DNA of 64,000 bases from Candidatus Oxydemutatoraceae bacterium (GTDB lineage Bacteria; Pseudomonadota; Gammaproteobacteria; Poriferisulfidales; Oxydemutatoraceae). The stretch is from the NCBI GenBank assembly GCA_965218975.1, contig OZ244717.1, positions 1,696,001-1,760,000 of the forward strand, given 5' to 3'. Position 1 is the stretch's first letter; every line of letters starts with the position of its first letter. Shown here piece after piece: positions 54,561 through 64,000 of the stretch. The notes below the pieces were generated by a model, which ran no database searches, was not told the origin of the DNA, and worked only from the letters and a program-made list of their open reading frames with translations. A program made the position numbers and the translations under genes.

Positions 54561-55782
54561 TGTACGTGTCCAATACATTCCGGACAAATGAGGGAGTTGC
54601 CGGGCAATGACTTGATACGGAGCCATGTAGTTCAATCCCCGGTGGGGGCACTCGCCGTTGTAGCGCTGCAAGTAATCAATCATCTACCGGTTAAACTCAC
54701 CGATATCTTCAAGCAGTAACGCTTCCCGATAGTCGATAAACTCTTCCTGGACAGTACGGTTGAAGCGCTCGTTATAAGCATTCATTTTGGGGTACCCGGG
54801 TAAGTATAGCAGTGGCGGATCTTTCGGTGCCGTCGGTCAATACTTGCTCGATTTTGCCCGGTAAGACCGTTTGCACCAAGGCGACAAACCGAGCCGCTTG
54901 GGTGCTATTGCCGCGAGGCACTGCCGACGAAGGCAAAGCGGCTTGAATGATCCGTTGCGGTCGGAATATAGCGTCGGCTGCCTTCGATAAAACAGATAAT
55001 AGTATCGAAAGCAACACAGTGTCCGACATGCTTGGCACCGGCTTTGCGATCTAGACGCGGGCGCGGCGGCTTACGTCGCAACGGTTTGGCTCAACCTTTG
55101 CGATCCAAGCGCTGCGGTGAGCAACGCATCCGATCCGAGGCATCTGAAATCAAGCGTCCGATCGTCGTCGCACTCGAACACAACAGACCTTGCTTCCGGC
55201 ACCACGGCAAGTGCAACACATAAATCTTGTCCCGTCCCTAGTGGGGTATCTTAGGCGCAGACGACGGATTTCCCGGATCAGAGTTCGCGGCCAGACTCAA
55301 CGTCGGCGTTTACGCGGCGTTCTGCTGCGGTCGTGCAAACTGCTCAACCCTCCCTTTTGTGTTTGTTGGCGGATTGTCGGCGGATTGTGCCGGATTGTGC
55401 CGGATTGTCGGCAAAGTGCCTGTCATCCATGACGCGACTGGGTTCTGTCAACAAGCCCCAGCCCCGACGTCCTTGTCGGGTCGTTCGCCGCTGAAAACCG
55501 GTCGGTTTTCCGGGCGCGTCTCACCCTGCCGATAGGCCAGGGCGCCATGCATACAGCATCAAACGACTGATCTTGAATGCATCGCAGACAGCGACCATGC
55601 CATGGTTTTCCTGGAAGGTGAGAATTTTGAGTCGTTGTTTTGCATCGTAAGCTTATAGTGTCCCAACTATGCTCGATTTTAGCGACCCGGTAAAACCCCC
55701 GGATTCGATAGCCTATATGTTGGATTTGTAAGGCTTCTCTTCCTGTCGGTAGGAGTGCCAAATGTTTCTAAGCTTATGCACA
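54561..55782 (-). mobile_element. Full-span degenerate IS481-family element (~1.2 kb) with an inverted structured repeat
   Basis: Ends TGTACGTGTCCAATACAT and TGTGCATAAGCTTAGAAAC; fragments QHIGYRIRGFY, VLTDG, ERFNRTVQEEF and PHRGL...MYWTRT; multiple frameshifts. Confidence 0.85.
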
Positions 55783-55895
55783 AGGTTCCCACTAAATATA
55801 AATCAATATACCTTATACTTCGTATTTTCTACACCGGATATATGCACGCATCAATGCCACTGAAAGATTGAGGGCATGATAAACAGGAGGACAAC

Positions 55896-57458
55896 ATGAC
55901 TATATCTATGGATATCAGGGACGAGATAGAACGCATCCGAACGCTGAAGGACATCAATCAATTGAACGAGTCTACCCTGCAAACTTCTATCGTGTTGCCT
56001 GTATTGCGTGCGTTGGGTTGGAACACATCTGACCCGGACCAAGTCAGACTAGAACATAACGTTGCCAACCATCTAAAAGGAAGGGCAGATATTGCATTGC
56101 TCGGAGACCATAAGCCTCTGGCTTTGATTGAAACGAAAGCTCCGCGTCGCCTGCTGGAAAACGTGGACAAATATCGCAACCAGCTATTTGAATACTGTCG
56201 CTTATTGCAGATAACTTCGGGAGTGTTGAGTAACGGTAAAGAATGGTATTTTTACTATCTCGGAGACTCTACTATACCGGCAGATGTTATAGACCTCCTT
56301 AAAGACGATATACCGCAAAGCGCAGCTAAACTCCGGCGATTCTTAAGTCGAGAGAAAATACTGGACGGAAGCGCTCGTTCATTTACTGAGGAAGCGCTGA
56401 CCCAACGGATCCTGAACAGAGAGTGGAAAAAATTACTTACGGAGGGCGACAGGCAATTGGTTGCCAGACTAAGGAAGGAGGTTAAAATTACTTCCAACGT
56501 GTCAGTAAGCCTCTCACAGGTAGCCGGGTTTCTCAAAGGACGCGCCGACCTGCCGTCGGCGACGCACTCAATTGAACAAAGCATGGAAGTTGCGGAGACT
56601 AACACCGCAGCTACCTCAACACAATTGACAAAGCCCGACAATGTAAGCTCTCGAGTGTCTGCACCATCGGCTGACGTCACAGCTACCTCAACGCAATCAA
56701 CGGAGCTGCCTAAGGACCAAAGCCACACTAAGCAGCGGCCCACGCATATTCAGGCATTCGGAAAACGTATAGAGTGCGCCACATGGAAAAGTGTCTTGGT
56801 AGAGTTTCTGCTTGAGCTATATGCACGCCACCCTGATTTATTCCAACGTTTAACGGACGCACCGAAAAGGTCGGTTCCGTATCAGCCGAAATTCGCACAA
56901 GATCGTGAGAAACTAAGATCGGTGGGTGTGCCGCGCAAGATAGGTGAATCGGGATATTGGGTGGAAACTTGGGGTGGCAGGAAGGGCACCGAACAGTACT
57001 GTCGTGCCGTTCAGCAGCTGCTTAACCTGCCTGAGGACACGCTGGTTATACATTCGGCTGACATTGTAGCTACCTCAACGCAACCAGCAAAACCGCCTAA
57101 GGACCAAAGTCACACTAAGCAGCAGCCCACGCATATTCAGGCATTCGGAAAACGTATAGAGTGCGCCACATGGAAAAGTGTCTTGGTAGAGTTTCTGACT
57201 GAGCTGCACGCCAGCCACCCTGATTTATTCCAACGTTTAACGGACGCACCGAAAAGGTCGGTTCCGTATCAGCCGAAACTTGCAAAAGATCGTGAGAAAC
57301 TAAGATCAATGCGTGCGCCGCGCAAAATAGGTGAATCGGGATATTGGGTAGAAACCAAAGCTAGCAGTGACGCCATCGAAAAGCACTGCCGTGCCGTTCA
57401 GCAGCTATTCAACTTGCCTGAGGACACGCTGGTTGTGCATTCATCCGATCAACACTGA
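55896..57458 (+). CDS. HSDR_N-type restriction-endonuclease domain fused to two tandem SeqA-like domains
   Basis: E......V.P.L..LGW, ADIAL..IETK, QL..Y and LSNG.EW motifs; two 129-aa repeats containing PRKIGESGYWVET. Confidence 0.75.
   Translation: MTISMDIRDEIERIRTLKDINQLNESTLQTSIVLPVLRALGWNTSDPDQVRLEHNVANHLKGRADIALLGDHKPLALIETKAPRRLLENVDKYRNQLFEYCRLLQITSGVLSNGKEWYFYYLGDSTIPADVIDLLKDDIPQSAAKLRRFLSREKILDGSARSFTEEALTQRILNREWKKLLTEGDRQLVARLRKEVKITSNVSVSLSQVAGFLKGRADLPSATHSIEQSMEVAETNTAATSTQLTKPDNVSSRVSAPSADVTATSTQSTELPKDQSHTKQRPTHIQAFGKRIECATWKSVLVEFLLELYARHPDLFQRLTDAPKRSVPYQPKFAQDREKLRSVGVPRKIGESGYWVETWGGRKGTEQYCRAVQQLLNLPEDTLVIHSADIVATSTQPAKPPKDQSHTKQQPTHIQAFGKRIECATWKSVLVEFLTELHASHPDLFQRLTDAPKRSVPYQPKLAKDREKLRSMRAPRKIGESGYWVETKASSDAIEKHCRAVQQLFNLPEDTLVVHSSDQH
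56668..57441 (+). repeat. 387-bp intragenic tandem duplication
   Basis: AAGGACCAAAG at 56712 and 57099; near-identical units. Confidence 0.93.
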
Positions 57459-57709
57459 CTTTGATGCGACGGCCTTAAGACACAGCGGTGCCGACACATT
57501 GGTTACGCATTCTTCCGATCAACCCAGGTAACGACCGCCTGTGTATTCTGTCTGCGGCATGGTTTCCGGTGTTCACAAGTCTGGCTCGCTCATTTCGGCC
57601 GGCGGCAATAAGTGATACGAATGGAACGTATCGAGAGTCCCCTTAAAAACTTAAGCAGCAACGGCTATCACCGGTCGGTTGAAGCGCACGAGCAAGGGAG
57701 GGTTTTCAA

Positions 57710-58495
57710 TTGAGTTGGTGGGGCAAAGTGATAGGGGGCACATTGGGGTTCATGCTCGGCGGCCCCCTCGGTGCCCTGCTAGGCGCTTCCCTGGGTCATT
57801 CGATAGACAGCAGCTTTTCCCGCGGAGCGCGAGGACAATATTTTCCGGGTGGTCAAGAACGTACTCAAGCCGCATTTTTTACCGCTACTTTTTCGGTAAT
57901 GGGCCATATTGCCAAAGCCGACGGCAAGGTGTCTCGCCAGGAAATCAATTTAGCGGAAACCGTCATGGATGAGATGCGCCTAAACAACCTGCAACGTAAG
58001 GCTGCAAGGAAATTATTTAATCGAGGCAAACAATCGGAATTCGATATTGAGTCCGTCCTTAATCAGTTCCGCATGGAATGCCATCGCCGGGTAACGCTGC
58101 TGCGTATATTCATGGAGATACAAGTCCAAGCTGCCTTCGCCGATGGACGTCTTGACCCGAAAGAAAATCGTATCCTCGCAAATATCGCCCGGCAACTAGG
58201 TTTCAGATCCGCCGACCTAAACAGAATCATTAATATGGTCAGGGGCACCGGAACTGATGCTGCACCGGACGGACAAACTGCTTCCGACCTCAACCCCTAC
58301 GATGTACTTGGTATAACGCCGGATACCCCACTTCCCGAAATCAAAAAGACCTATAGGAGACTGCTTAATCAGCATCATCCGGACAAACTAGTTGCCAAAG
58401 GACTTCCTGAAGAAATGATCAAATTAGCCAACCAGAGAACCCGCGAAATTAGGCAAGCTTGGAAAAACATTCAAACTCAGCATCAAACCGTCTGA
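57710..58495 (+). CDS. djlA: Co-chaperone DjlA
   Basis: WGK.IGG..G TM, KADG.VS..EI TerB-like domain, and J-domain HPDKL. Confidence 0.95.
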   Translation: MSWWGKVIGGTLGFMLGGPLGALLGASLGHSIDSSFSRGARGQYFPGGQERTQAAFFTATFSVMGHIAKADGKVSRQEINLAETVMDEMRLNNLQRKAARKLFNRGKQSEFDIESVLNQFRMECHRRVTLLRIFMEIQVQAAFADGRLDPKENRILANIARQLGFRSADLNRIINMVRGTGTDAAPDGQTASDLNPYDVLGITPDTPLPEIKKTYRRLLNQHHPDKLVAKGLPEEMIKLANQRTREIRQAWKNIQTQHQTV

Positions 58496-58809
58496 AGCCC
58501 GAAACGCTCGGGGCAGTTAGGCATACCGGCAATGACGTTCGAGGAGTTGTCCGGCTATGAAAAGTTAGCTCCAGTACGGAATTTGTTAGTTTCCCTTCAG
58601 GGGAAAATGTCCGAATCCTACGAAAAGTGTCATGCTCCGGCTATCGAGTGATTGCACACTAATAAAATGCACAATACTTAAGGGAACTTATATGAGACAT
58701 TGAAGTTCATTTAACCGGCAAACTAACTCCAAATGCATCGAATCTATCGTTTCCGAAATGAATCATTTCTTCTTTCTCACAAAATTGGTATATAACGAAA
58801 AAGATTAAC

Positions 58810-61800
58810 TTAATGATTATCCCCAATCGAAGCTTTTTTGTATGCAGATTCAAGTCGCTTTCTACTTTTTTCACCCATGCGACGCATGCCGAGCCATTTA
58901 CGCATTTCCACAACCGCACCCTCGATATCACAGCCACAGTCAATAAAATGGCGAGACATGGCAACAAGCTCAGGCATGGCAACATTTTCTGCGGTACGCT
59001 GATAAGAAAACCCATTGACTACACGAAAGCCATCCCAGTGAGCTATATCCGCATCTACAAGCCACACGAATCGTACGTTATCTTCCGTGGTAATTTGCAG
59101 CCTGTTATTTTTTTCTAAAACTTCGCTGAGTACCTGGTTGATCCTGCTGCCTGCACTCTTGAAGCCATGCGCCGTGGTAATCAATTTAAACAGGACTTCC
59201 ACACGAACTGGCTGCTCATGCTGTACGATTTGTTCCATCAAGTGCGAAAGTGTAGCTCGGTAGTCATACTCGTAAAAGCTGTCCCGCCTAAGTTTGATAT
59301 CATTCGAAGCCACACCCCAAGGGATGTACTCACGTTTACCCGGTATCTCGGGTGCATCCTCCACAACACTACCCGCAACTTTTTCCCACACCACCTCCTG
59401 GGGATCGCCCTCCGAAGTAATATCATGGCCATCCGTACTCGCAAAATCTGTATTGACACCCTCTTCTGAAGAATTCTGGGTCACTAACACCGTATCGGGA
59501 ACCTCCTCTGAAGGTGCCCCACTGTCCTCAGCGCAAGACTCAAGCAATTCATGCAACTGTTGGTCTATACGATCTATGCAATCCGCTGGGTTAACCCACC
59601 AATCTGTAGACCAAATTCTCAATATTTTCCATCCTAATCTCTTAAGAACTTGCTCGCGCAGAAAATCTCGATCACGAGCTGTGGCAGACCGGTGATAGGT
59701 AGCACCATCACATTCTATGCCGGCAAGATACTTTCCGGCTTTGTCAGGATGAACAACACCGAGATCAATCCGGAAACCAGACACACCGATTTGGCTGTGA
59801 ACCGTCCAGTCCCGCTCCTCTAGCCTTGCCGCAACTTGCTCTTCAAATTCTGAGTCGAAAGTCCCCAGAGGGCGTTCAATCGACTCTCCGATTGCCTTCC
59901 TGCCCCGTTTGGCAAAATCCATAAAACGTTTCATGTCCCTGACACCGAACGCCTTTGTGCGCGATAGATCGATATCTTCCGGCTGCATACTTGAATAGAC
60001 ATGCATTTCATTGCGGGCACGGGTGATTGCAACGTTCAAGCGTCTTGGGCCGCCCTCCTGATTCATGGGTCCGAAGTTCATCGACAAGCGACCTGAACGA
60101 TCTTTACCGTACGTCATGGAAAAGTAGATGATCGAACGTTCATCACCTTGTACGCTCTCGATGTTTTTTACAAAGATGGATTCGATAGTATCTTCAGCAA
60201 AGAAAGGTTCGATTTCAGGGTAATCCCGGCGTGCCTTTTCCAGCATGTCTTCAATGAGAATCTGTTGTTCCTGATTAAAGGTAACTACACCAATCGTCAT
60301 ACCGGTTTTTTTGAAACCCGGGTCTCGCAATTTTGTAACGATGCTATTAACCACAGCTCGGGCCTCAGGTTGGTTGATCCTCTTGCCGCCTTTTTCATAC
60401 AAGCCATTGTCGACATAGTGGAACGACACCGCTTTATCGGCAGTGGCCGGTGACGGAAAAGTTATCAACCCTCCATCATAGTACGTGTGATTACTAAAAG
60501 TGATGAGAGACTCTTGTCGTGAGCGATAATGCCATTTCAACTGGTATGTTGGCAGATTGGCTCCCATACACTCATCGAGGATTGACTCCAGGTCAGCATC
60601 GATATCACTGTCGTTGTACTCATCCTCCTGACGATTGAAGAAAGAGGTTGGAGGCAATTGCTTCGGATCTCCAACAATAATGGCTTGATTCGCCCTTGCG
60701 ATAGCACCAATGGCATCCCATGGCGTAATCTGACTGGCCTCATCGAAAACCACTACATCAAATGAAGCCCCGTCAGGAGGCAGGTATTGAGCCACCGACA
60801 TTGGACTCATCATCACGCAAGGCGTGAGCTTGAATAGGTTACTGCCGAGCTTTTCAATTAACTGCCGCACTGGCATATGGCGGCGTTGTTTTTGAATTTC
60901 CCGACTGAGAACATGCCACGTTGAGCCTTGAGGGACATGACCGCGTGAGGGAATCACTTGGCTGAGTTTGGCATACACGTACGCTTGGGTGAGTTCCATG
61001 AACTCCTTGTCCAACTTCACAAAGTCATCAATAACGCGTACATGTTCAGCAGGAACAAATTTCCTGATCACATCATCACTGTCTACGGCACGATCTAACC
61101 ACCAGCGGTGATAGTTCACCCGGAAGGCTTCCTCAGCAGTGCTGTCAACAAGAGAGCCATTCTCGACAGCATCCACGAGAGACTGCATATCTTTCTTTAA
61201 CGCTTTTTCGCGAACCCGTCGCCAGGCGGTCCAGGCTTTCAGCCTCGGAGCCTGTTCTACCCACTGTGCACAGGTATCCGCTGTCATTTTCAGAAAAGAC
61301 TTGTCGTCAGACTCGACATGCAAGTCGCCGGTCGCGGCAATAGTCTCGCGAAGCGATTGCTGTGCCGCCTTAAAAGCTTTAAGTGCACGCATAAATGCGC
61401 TTGTCGATGCCTGGATCTGACCGCTTGGACCCAACAGCTCGGAGGATTGAAGCAATGAGGTCATCGTTGATGTGGCCTTGCGATAGGTTTCAGGCGCCGT
61501 GAAGAGCGCACTCATCACGCTTCTTAGTTCGCGACCAAATCCTGCGGCTTCTGCGAAAAGTGCAGGTTCAGTATGTATACCGTCGAATTTCCTGCCGATG
61601 ACGTTATCCAGACCTTTGAGCTTTTCAAGCGCTGTCTTCGCATTACTTGCAACCGAGAGCAAGGTGAGGTCAGAGACGACATTTGAAATTTTCGATCCGC
61701 CTGAAAATGGTTTGATCTGAGCTTTTATCGCTCTGACATCCAGCCATTTTGGCATAAACCATTTCTCTTCGGCCGCAGACAGTCGAGCTAGCAAGTCTGC

Positions 61801-64000
61801 TATGTCTAAATCGATCACGGTTTCCTTATAGGTCGTAGCTGTACTCTCGAATTGTTGTCGGTAACTTTGAGCAAGTTCCGCTGCAGACTCGAGATCTTGT
61901 ACTAAATCACTGCCTACGGGACCTAGCAGAGAAGAGTACGACTTGTTGTATGCCTTAGGTAAAATACGTTCGAGTGCTGCAACCATTTGCAGGTCACCTT
62001 GACTCATCACCCGAATCGGCAATCTCAGGGTTTTGATCCAAGACTGAAGTACTGCTTCCAGTCCTAGCGCTGCACTGTGAAGGGCTGTGGACTGGTCAAT
62101 AACTTTCCTTTGCCAAGATGGAGACCAATCATCGGCTTCGACCCTGTTGAAGCAACTCTTGCTTATATCACCAATCTGATCGGCATTTACATCAATGCGA
62201 GATGCTATATTGGAAAGTGTCTCAAGGTCACCCTCCGTGTGAGCTTGATGATCAGGCCAATTGAAACTGAGTTCGCTCACAGTCGGATTGTTTATTACAA
62301 CTCCGATGGCCTGAAAAATGCTAAGACCGTTGGAATAAGTTTTGTGGAGCTGCCTAACATAGGTATTGAGGTTTTCACGCAAGCCCATCAGACGCTCAGC
62401 CTCACGATCCCAATTGGAAATCCTTGGATACCTGCTTTGCCATGCCCGATCCAGTTGGGCTATCACATCAGTCTTTCTTGCCTTGCTAGAGTGCAGTTCC
62501 AGGCAAAACTTACCCAGTCCTACTTCACGCAAACGACGATAGACGACATCTAAGGCTGCTGTTTTCTCAGATACAAACAGTACTTTTTTCCCTATGGCCA
62601 ACAGATGGCTGATTATGTTTGCAATCGTCTGGCTTTTGCCCGTCCCGGGAGGTCCTTTGATCACGAAGTCCATACCTTCTGATGCTGCAATGACTGCCGC
62701 CATTTGAGTGCTGTCACACGACATGGGCAAATAGGTGTTTTTCGGATGACATTTACTATCCATCTCCTCCGGGCGTGTAAAGTCGACACCGTCGTTGCCC
62801 ATATACGTATCCCGAGGAGTATCAATCAAATGTTTAACCAAGGGTGAATTCTTGAGATGTTCAGTCCGTGCATCCAGGTCAGCCCACATCAAGTACTTGG
62901 CGAAGCTGAACGTACTTAAAACTAGATCGTCAGAAACTTCCCAACCTTCAATGTCACGAACATGCTGTCTGACAATATTCCATATTCTATCAACATCCAA
63001 GCCGGAATCATCCGTCGGCAGTTCTTTTGAAAGTTCTTGAATTTCAAGCCCGAAGTCTTGGCGAAGCATTTGCAGTAAGGTCGGATTAAACTGCGGTTCG
63101 TCATCATGGATACGTAGCTTGAATGCAGCATTCACAGACCTCCGAGAAAGACTGACTGGAATCAGTATCAGCGGTGCTTGGTAGTTACGAGTCCGGTTGT
63201 CCGTCTGAGTCCAGTTCAAAAAACCGAGTGCCAGATATAATATGTTGGTGCCGCCTTCTTCAATCGCTGCCTTTGATGCTCGATACAATTCTATAAGTGA
63301 CCCTGTCAACTTGTTTTGATCCATTGCAGCGGTAATTTTCCCACGTTTCATAGCCTGCAATACTTGTTCTCCGTGCAAATCTTCCGAAAAACGTCTGCGG
63401 TGTTCTTCATCACTTCGAGGATCGGTGGAGCTAATCACTTTCTCCAAAGGAGCAAATGTAAAGACTTGATCCTCGGCCAGCATATCTTCCAGCTCACCAG
63501 GATTTGTGCAGATAAACGGTACTGCCCTTTTGGACTTCTTGAAGTTCAGAAGTCTGTTGCGTAATGACAGGTCAAGGAGTTTTCGTTTCCAGTTTTCAAC
63601 TCGAGCATCTGCACCCACTTTCTTGTCAGGAGTGGGTGCATCCGGATACTCAACATCCTCAGGCAGATCACTCAGATCATCTAAGCCTGCATCAATTACC
63701 TTATCTACCTGAGCTTCCTCTTTTCCTACTTCTGTGACGCGTTCAAAAAGCGGTTGAATCCTGGCAAGTCGAGATTGTTTTATATCAACCAGCAACAGAA
63801 AACCTGCTTCATCCAACAGTTTACTTTTAGCCTCCTTCCTCGCTTCGTTAAATCTTCTAGCCGGTCTATCCGTAACTAAAGTGGTCTCAAATACCAGTAT
63901 TTCCTTCAGGTTGACTCTTTTACGCAAAGCCTGCAGGTCCTCGACCACACTTGTGCCAAACTCCAGGTCTTCCAGCCAGACGCCGGCAAAAGCATGTCCT
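58810..64000 (-). CDS. DUF4011 - SF1 helicase - Vsr-like nuclease - DUF3320 protein (Hhe-like defence protein); 5' end lies outside the window
   Basis: WKRKLLDLSLRNRLLNF, GPPGTGKSQT, DEASQ, GDPKQLPPT, VQGDER, RRLNVAITRAR and RIDL...ECDG..YH. The frame stays open to the edge (GHAFAGVWL). Confidence 0.88.
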   Translation of the reverse strand, partial: GHAFAGVWLEDLEFGTSVVEDLQALRKRVNLKEILVFETTLVTDRPARRFNEARKEAKSKLLDEAGFLLLVDIKQSRLARIQPLFERVTEVGKEEAQVDKVIDAGLDDLSDLPEDVEYPDAPTPDKKVGADARVENWKRKLLDLSLRNRLLNFKKSKRAVPFICTNPGELEDMLAEDQVFTFAPLEKVISSTDPRSDEEHRRRFSEDLHGEQVLQAMKRGKITAAMDQNKLTGSLIELYRASKAAIEEGGTNILYLALGFLNWTQTDNRTRNYQAPLILIPVSLSRRSVNAAFKLRIHDDEPQFNPTLLQMLRQDFGLEIQELSKELPTDDSGLDVDRIWNIVRQHVRDIEGWEVSDDLVLSTFSFAKYLMWADLDARTEHLKNSPLVKHLIDTPRDTYMGNDGVDFTRPEEMDSKCHPKNTYLPMSCDSTQMAAVIAASEGMDFVIKGPPGTGKSQTIANIISHLLAIGKKVLFVSEKTAALDVVYRRLREVGLGKFCLELHSSKARKTDVIAQLDRAWQSRYPRISNWDREAERLMGLRENLNTYVRQLHKTYSNGLSIFQAIGVVINNPTVSELSFNWPDHQAHTEGDLETLSNIASRIDVNADQIGDISKSCFNRVEADDWSPSWQRKVIDQSTALHSAALGLEAVLQSWIKTLRLPIRVMSQGDLQMVAALERILPKAYNKSYSSLLGPVGSDLVQDLESAAELAQSYRQQFESTATTYKETVIDLDIADLLARLSAAEEKWFMPKWLDVRAIKAQIKPFSGGSKISNVVSDLTLLSVASNAKTALEKLKGLDNVIGRKFDGIHTEPALFAEAAGFGRELRSVMSALFTAPETYRKATSTMTSLLQSSELLGPSGQIQASTSAFMRALKAFKAAQQSLRETIAATGDLHVESDDKSFLKMTADTCAQWVEQAPRLKAWTAWRRVREKALKKDMQSLVDAVENGSLVDSTAEEAFRVNYHRWWLDRAVDSDDVIRKFVPAEHVRVIDDFVKLDKEFMELTQAYVYAKLSQVIPSRGHVPQGSTWHVLSREIQKQRRHMPVRQLIEKLGSNLFKLTPCVMMSPMSVAQYLPPDGASFDVVVFDEASQITPWDAIGAIARANQAIIVGDPKQLPPTSFFNRQEDEYNDSDIDADLESILDECMGANLPTYQLKWHYRSRQESLITFSNHTYYDGGLITFPSPATADKAVSFHYVDNGLYEKGGKRINQPEARAVVNSIVTKLRDPGFKKTGMTIGVVTFNQEQQILIEDMLEKARRDYPEIEPFFAEDTIESIFVKNIESVQGDERSIIYFSMTYGKDRSGRLSMNFGPMNQEGGPRRLNVAITRARNEMHVYSSMQPEDIDLSRTKAFGVRDMKRFMDFAKRGRKAIGESIERPLGTFDSEFEEQVAARLEERDWTVHSQIGVSGFRIDLGVVHPDKAGKYLAGIECDGATYHRSATARDRDFLREQVLKRLGWKILRIWSTDWWVNPADCIDRIDQQLHELLESCAEDSGAPSEEVPDTVLVTQNSSEEGVNTDFASTDGHDITSEGDPQEVVWEKVAGSVVEDAPEIPGKREYIPWGVASNDIKLRRDSFYEYDYRATLSHLMEQIVQHEQPVRVEVLFKLITTAHGFKSAGSRINQVLSEVLEKNNRLQITTEDNVRFVWLVDADIAHWDGFRVVNGFSYQRTAENVAMPELVAMSRHFIDCGCDIEGAVVEMRKWLGMRRMGEKSRKRLESAYKKASIGDNH

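Overview
This 64-kb window comes from a gammaproteobacterium (23S/5S sequence, rpmF-plsX-fabH, uvrC-pgsA, GlyGly-CTERM protein). It is probably marine and host-associated, which is an inference from the haloperoxidase, the sulfotransferase, the methylamine genes and the many IS remnants. Contents, left to right: (1) An accessory island (1-10.2 kb) with a vanadium haloperoxidase missed by the ORF track, a lipoprotein that shares its first 13 codons with the haloperoxidase, a GlyGly-CTERM serine protease and a LodA/LodB-like CTQ oxidase pair. Each cargo block is headed by a copy of the same ~1.1-kb duplicated unit. (2) An 8-gene envelope operon of unknown function: lipoprotein, TPR protein, PEGA/FGE protein, an unannotated 47-aa peptide, an ExbB/TolQ/MotA channel, two vWA proteins with ExbD-like N-termini, and an acidic secreted protein. 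(3) A porin/FMN-binding/PepSY iron-type cluster and a sulfotransferase. (4) tRNA-Ile-23S-5S with no adjacent 16S. (5) Methylamine/N-methylglutamate genes (gmaS, amt, mgsABC, a second GS-like gene, an FAD oxidoreductase). (6) tRNA-Leu/Cys with an inverted tRNA-Gly, then pgsA, uvrC, udg, fabH, plsX, rpmF and yceD. (7) Two defence-type genes flanking djlA. IS481-family remnants punctuate the window and carry 13 copies of a ~115-nt multi-hairpin repeat. All family calls come from motif recognition only; no searches were run.
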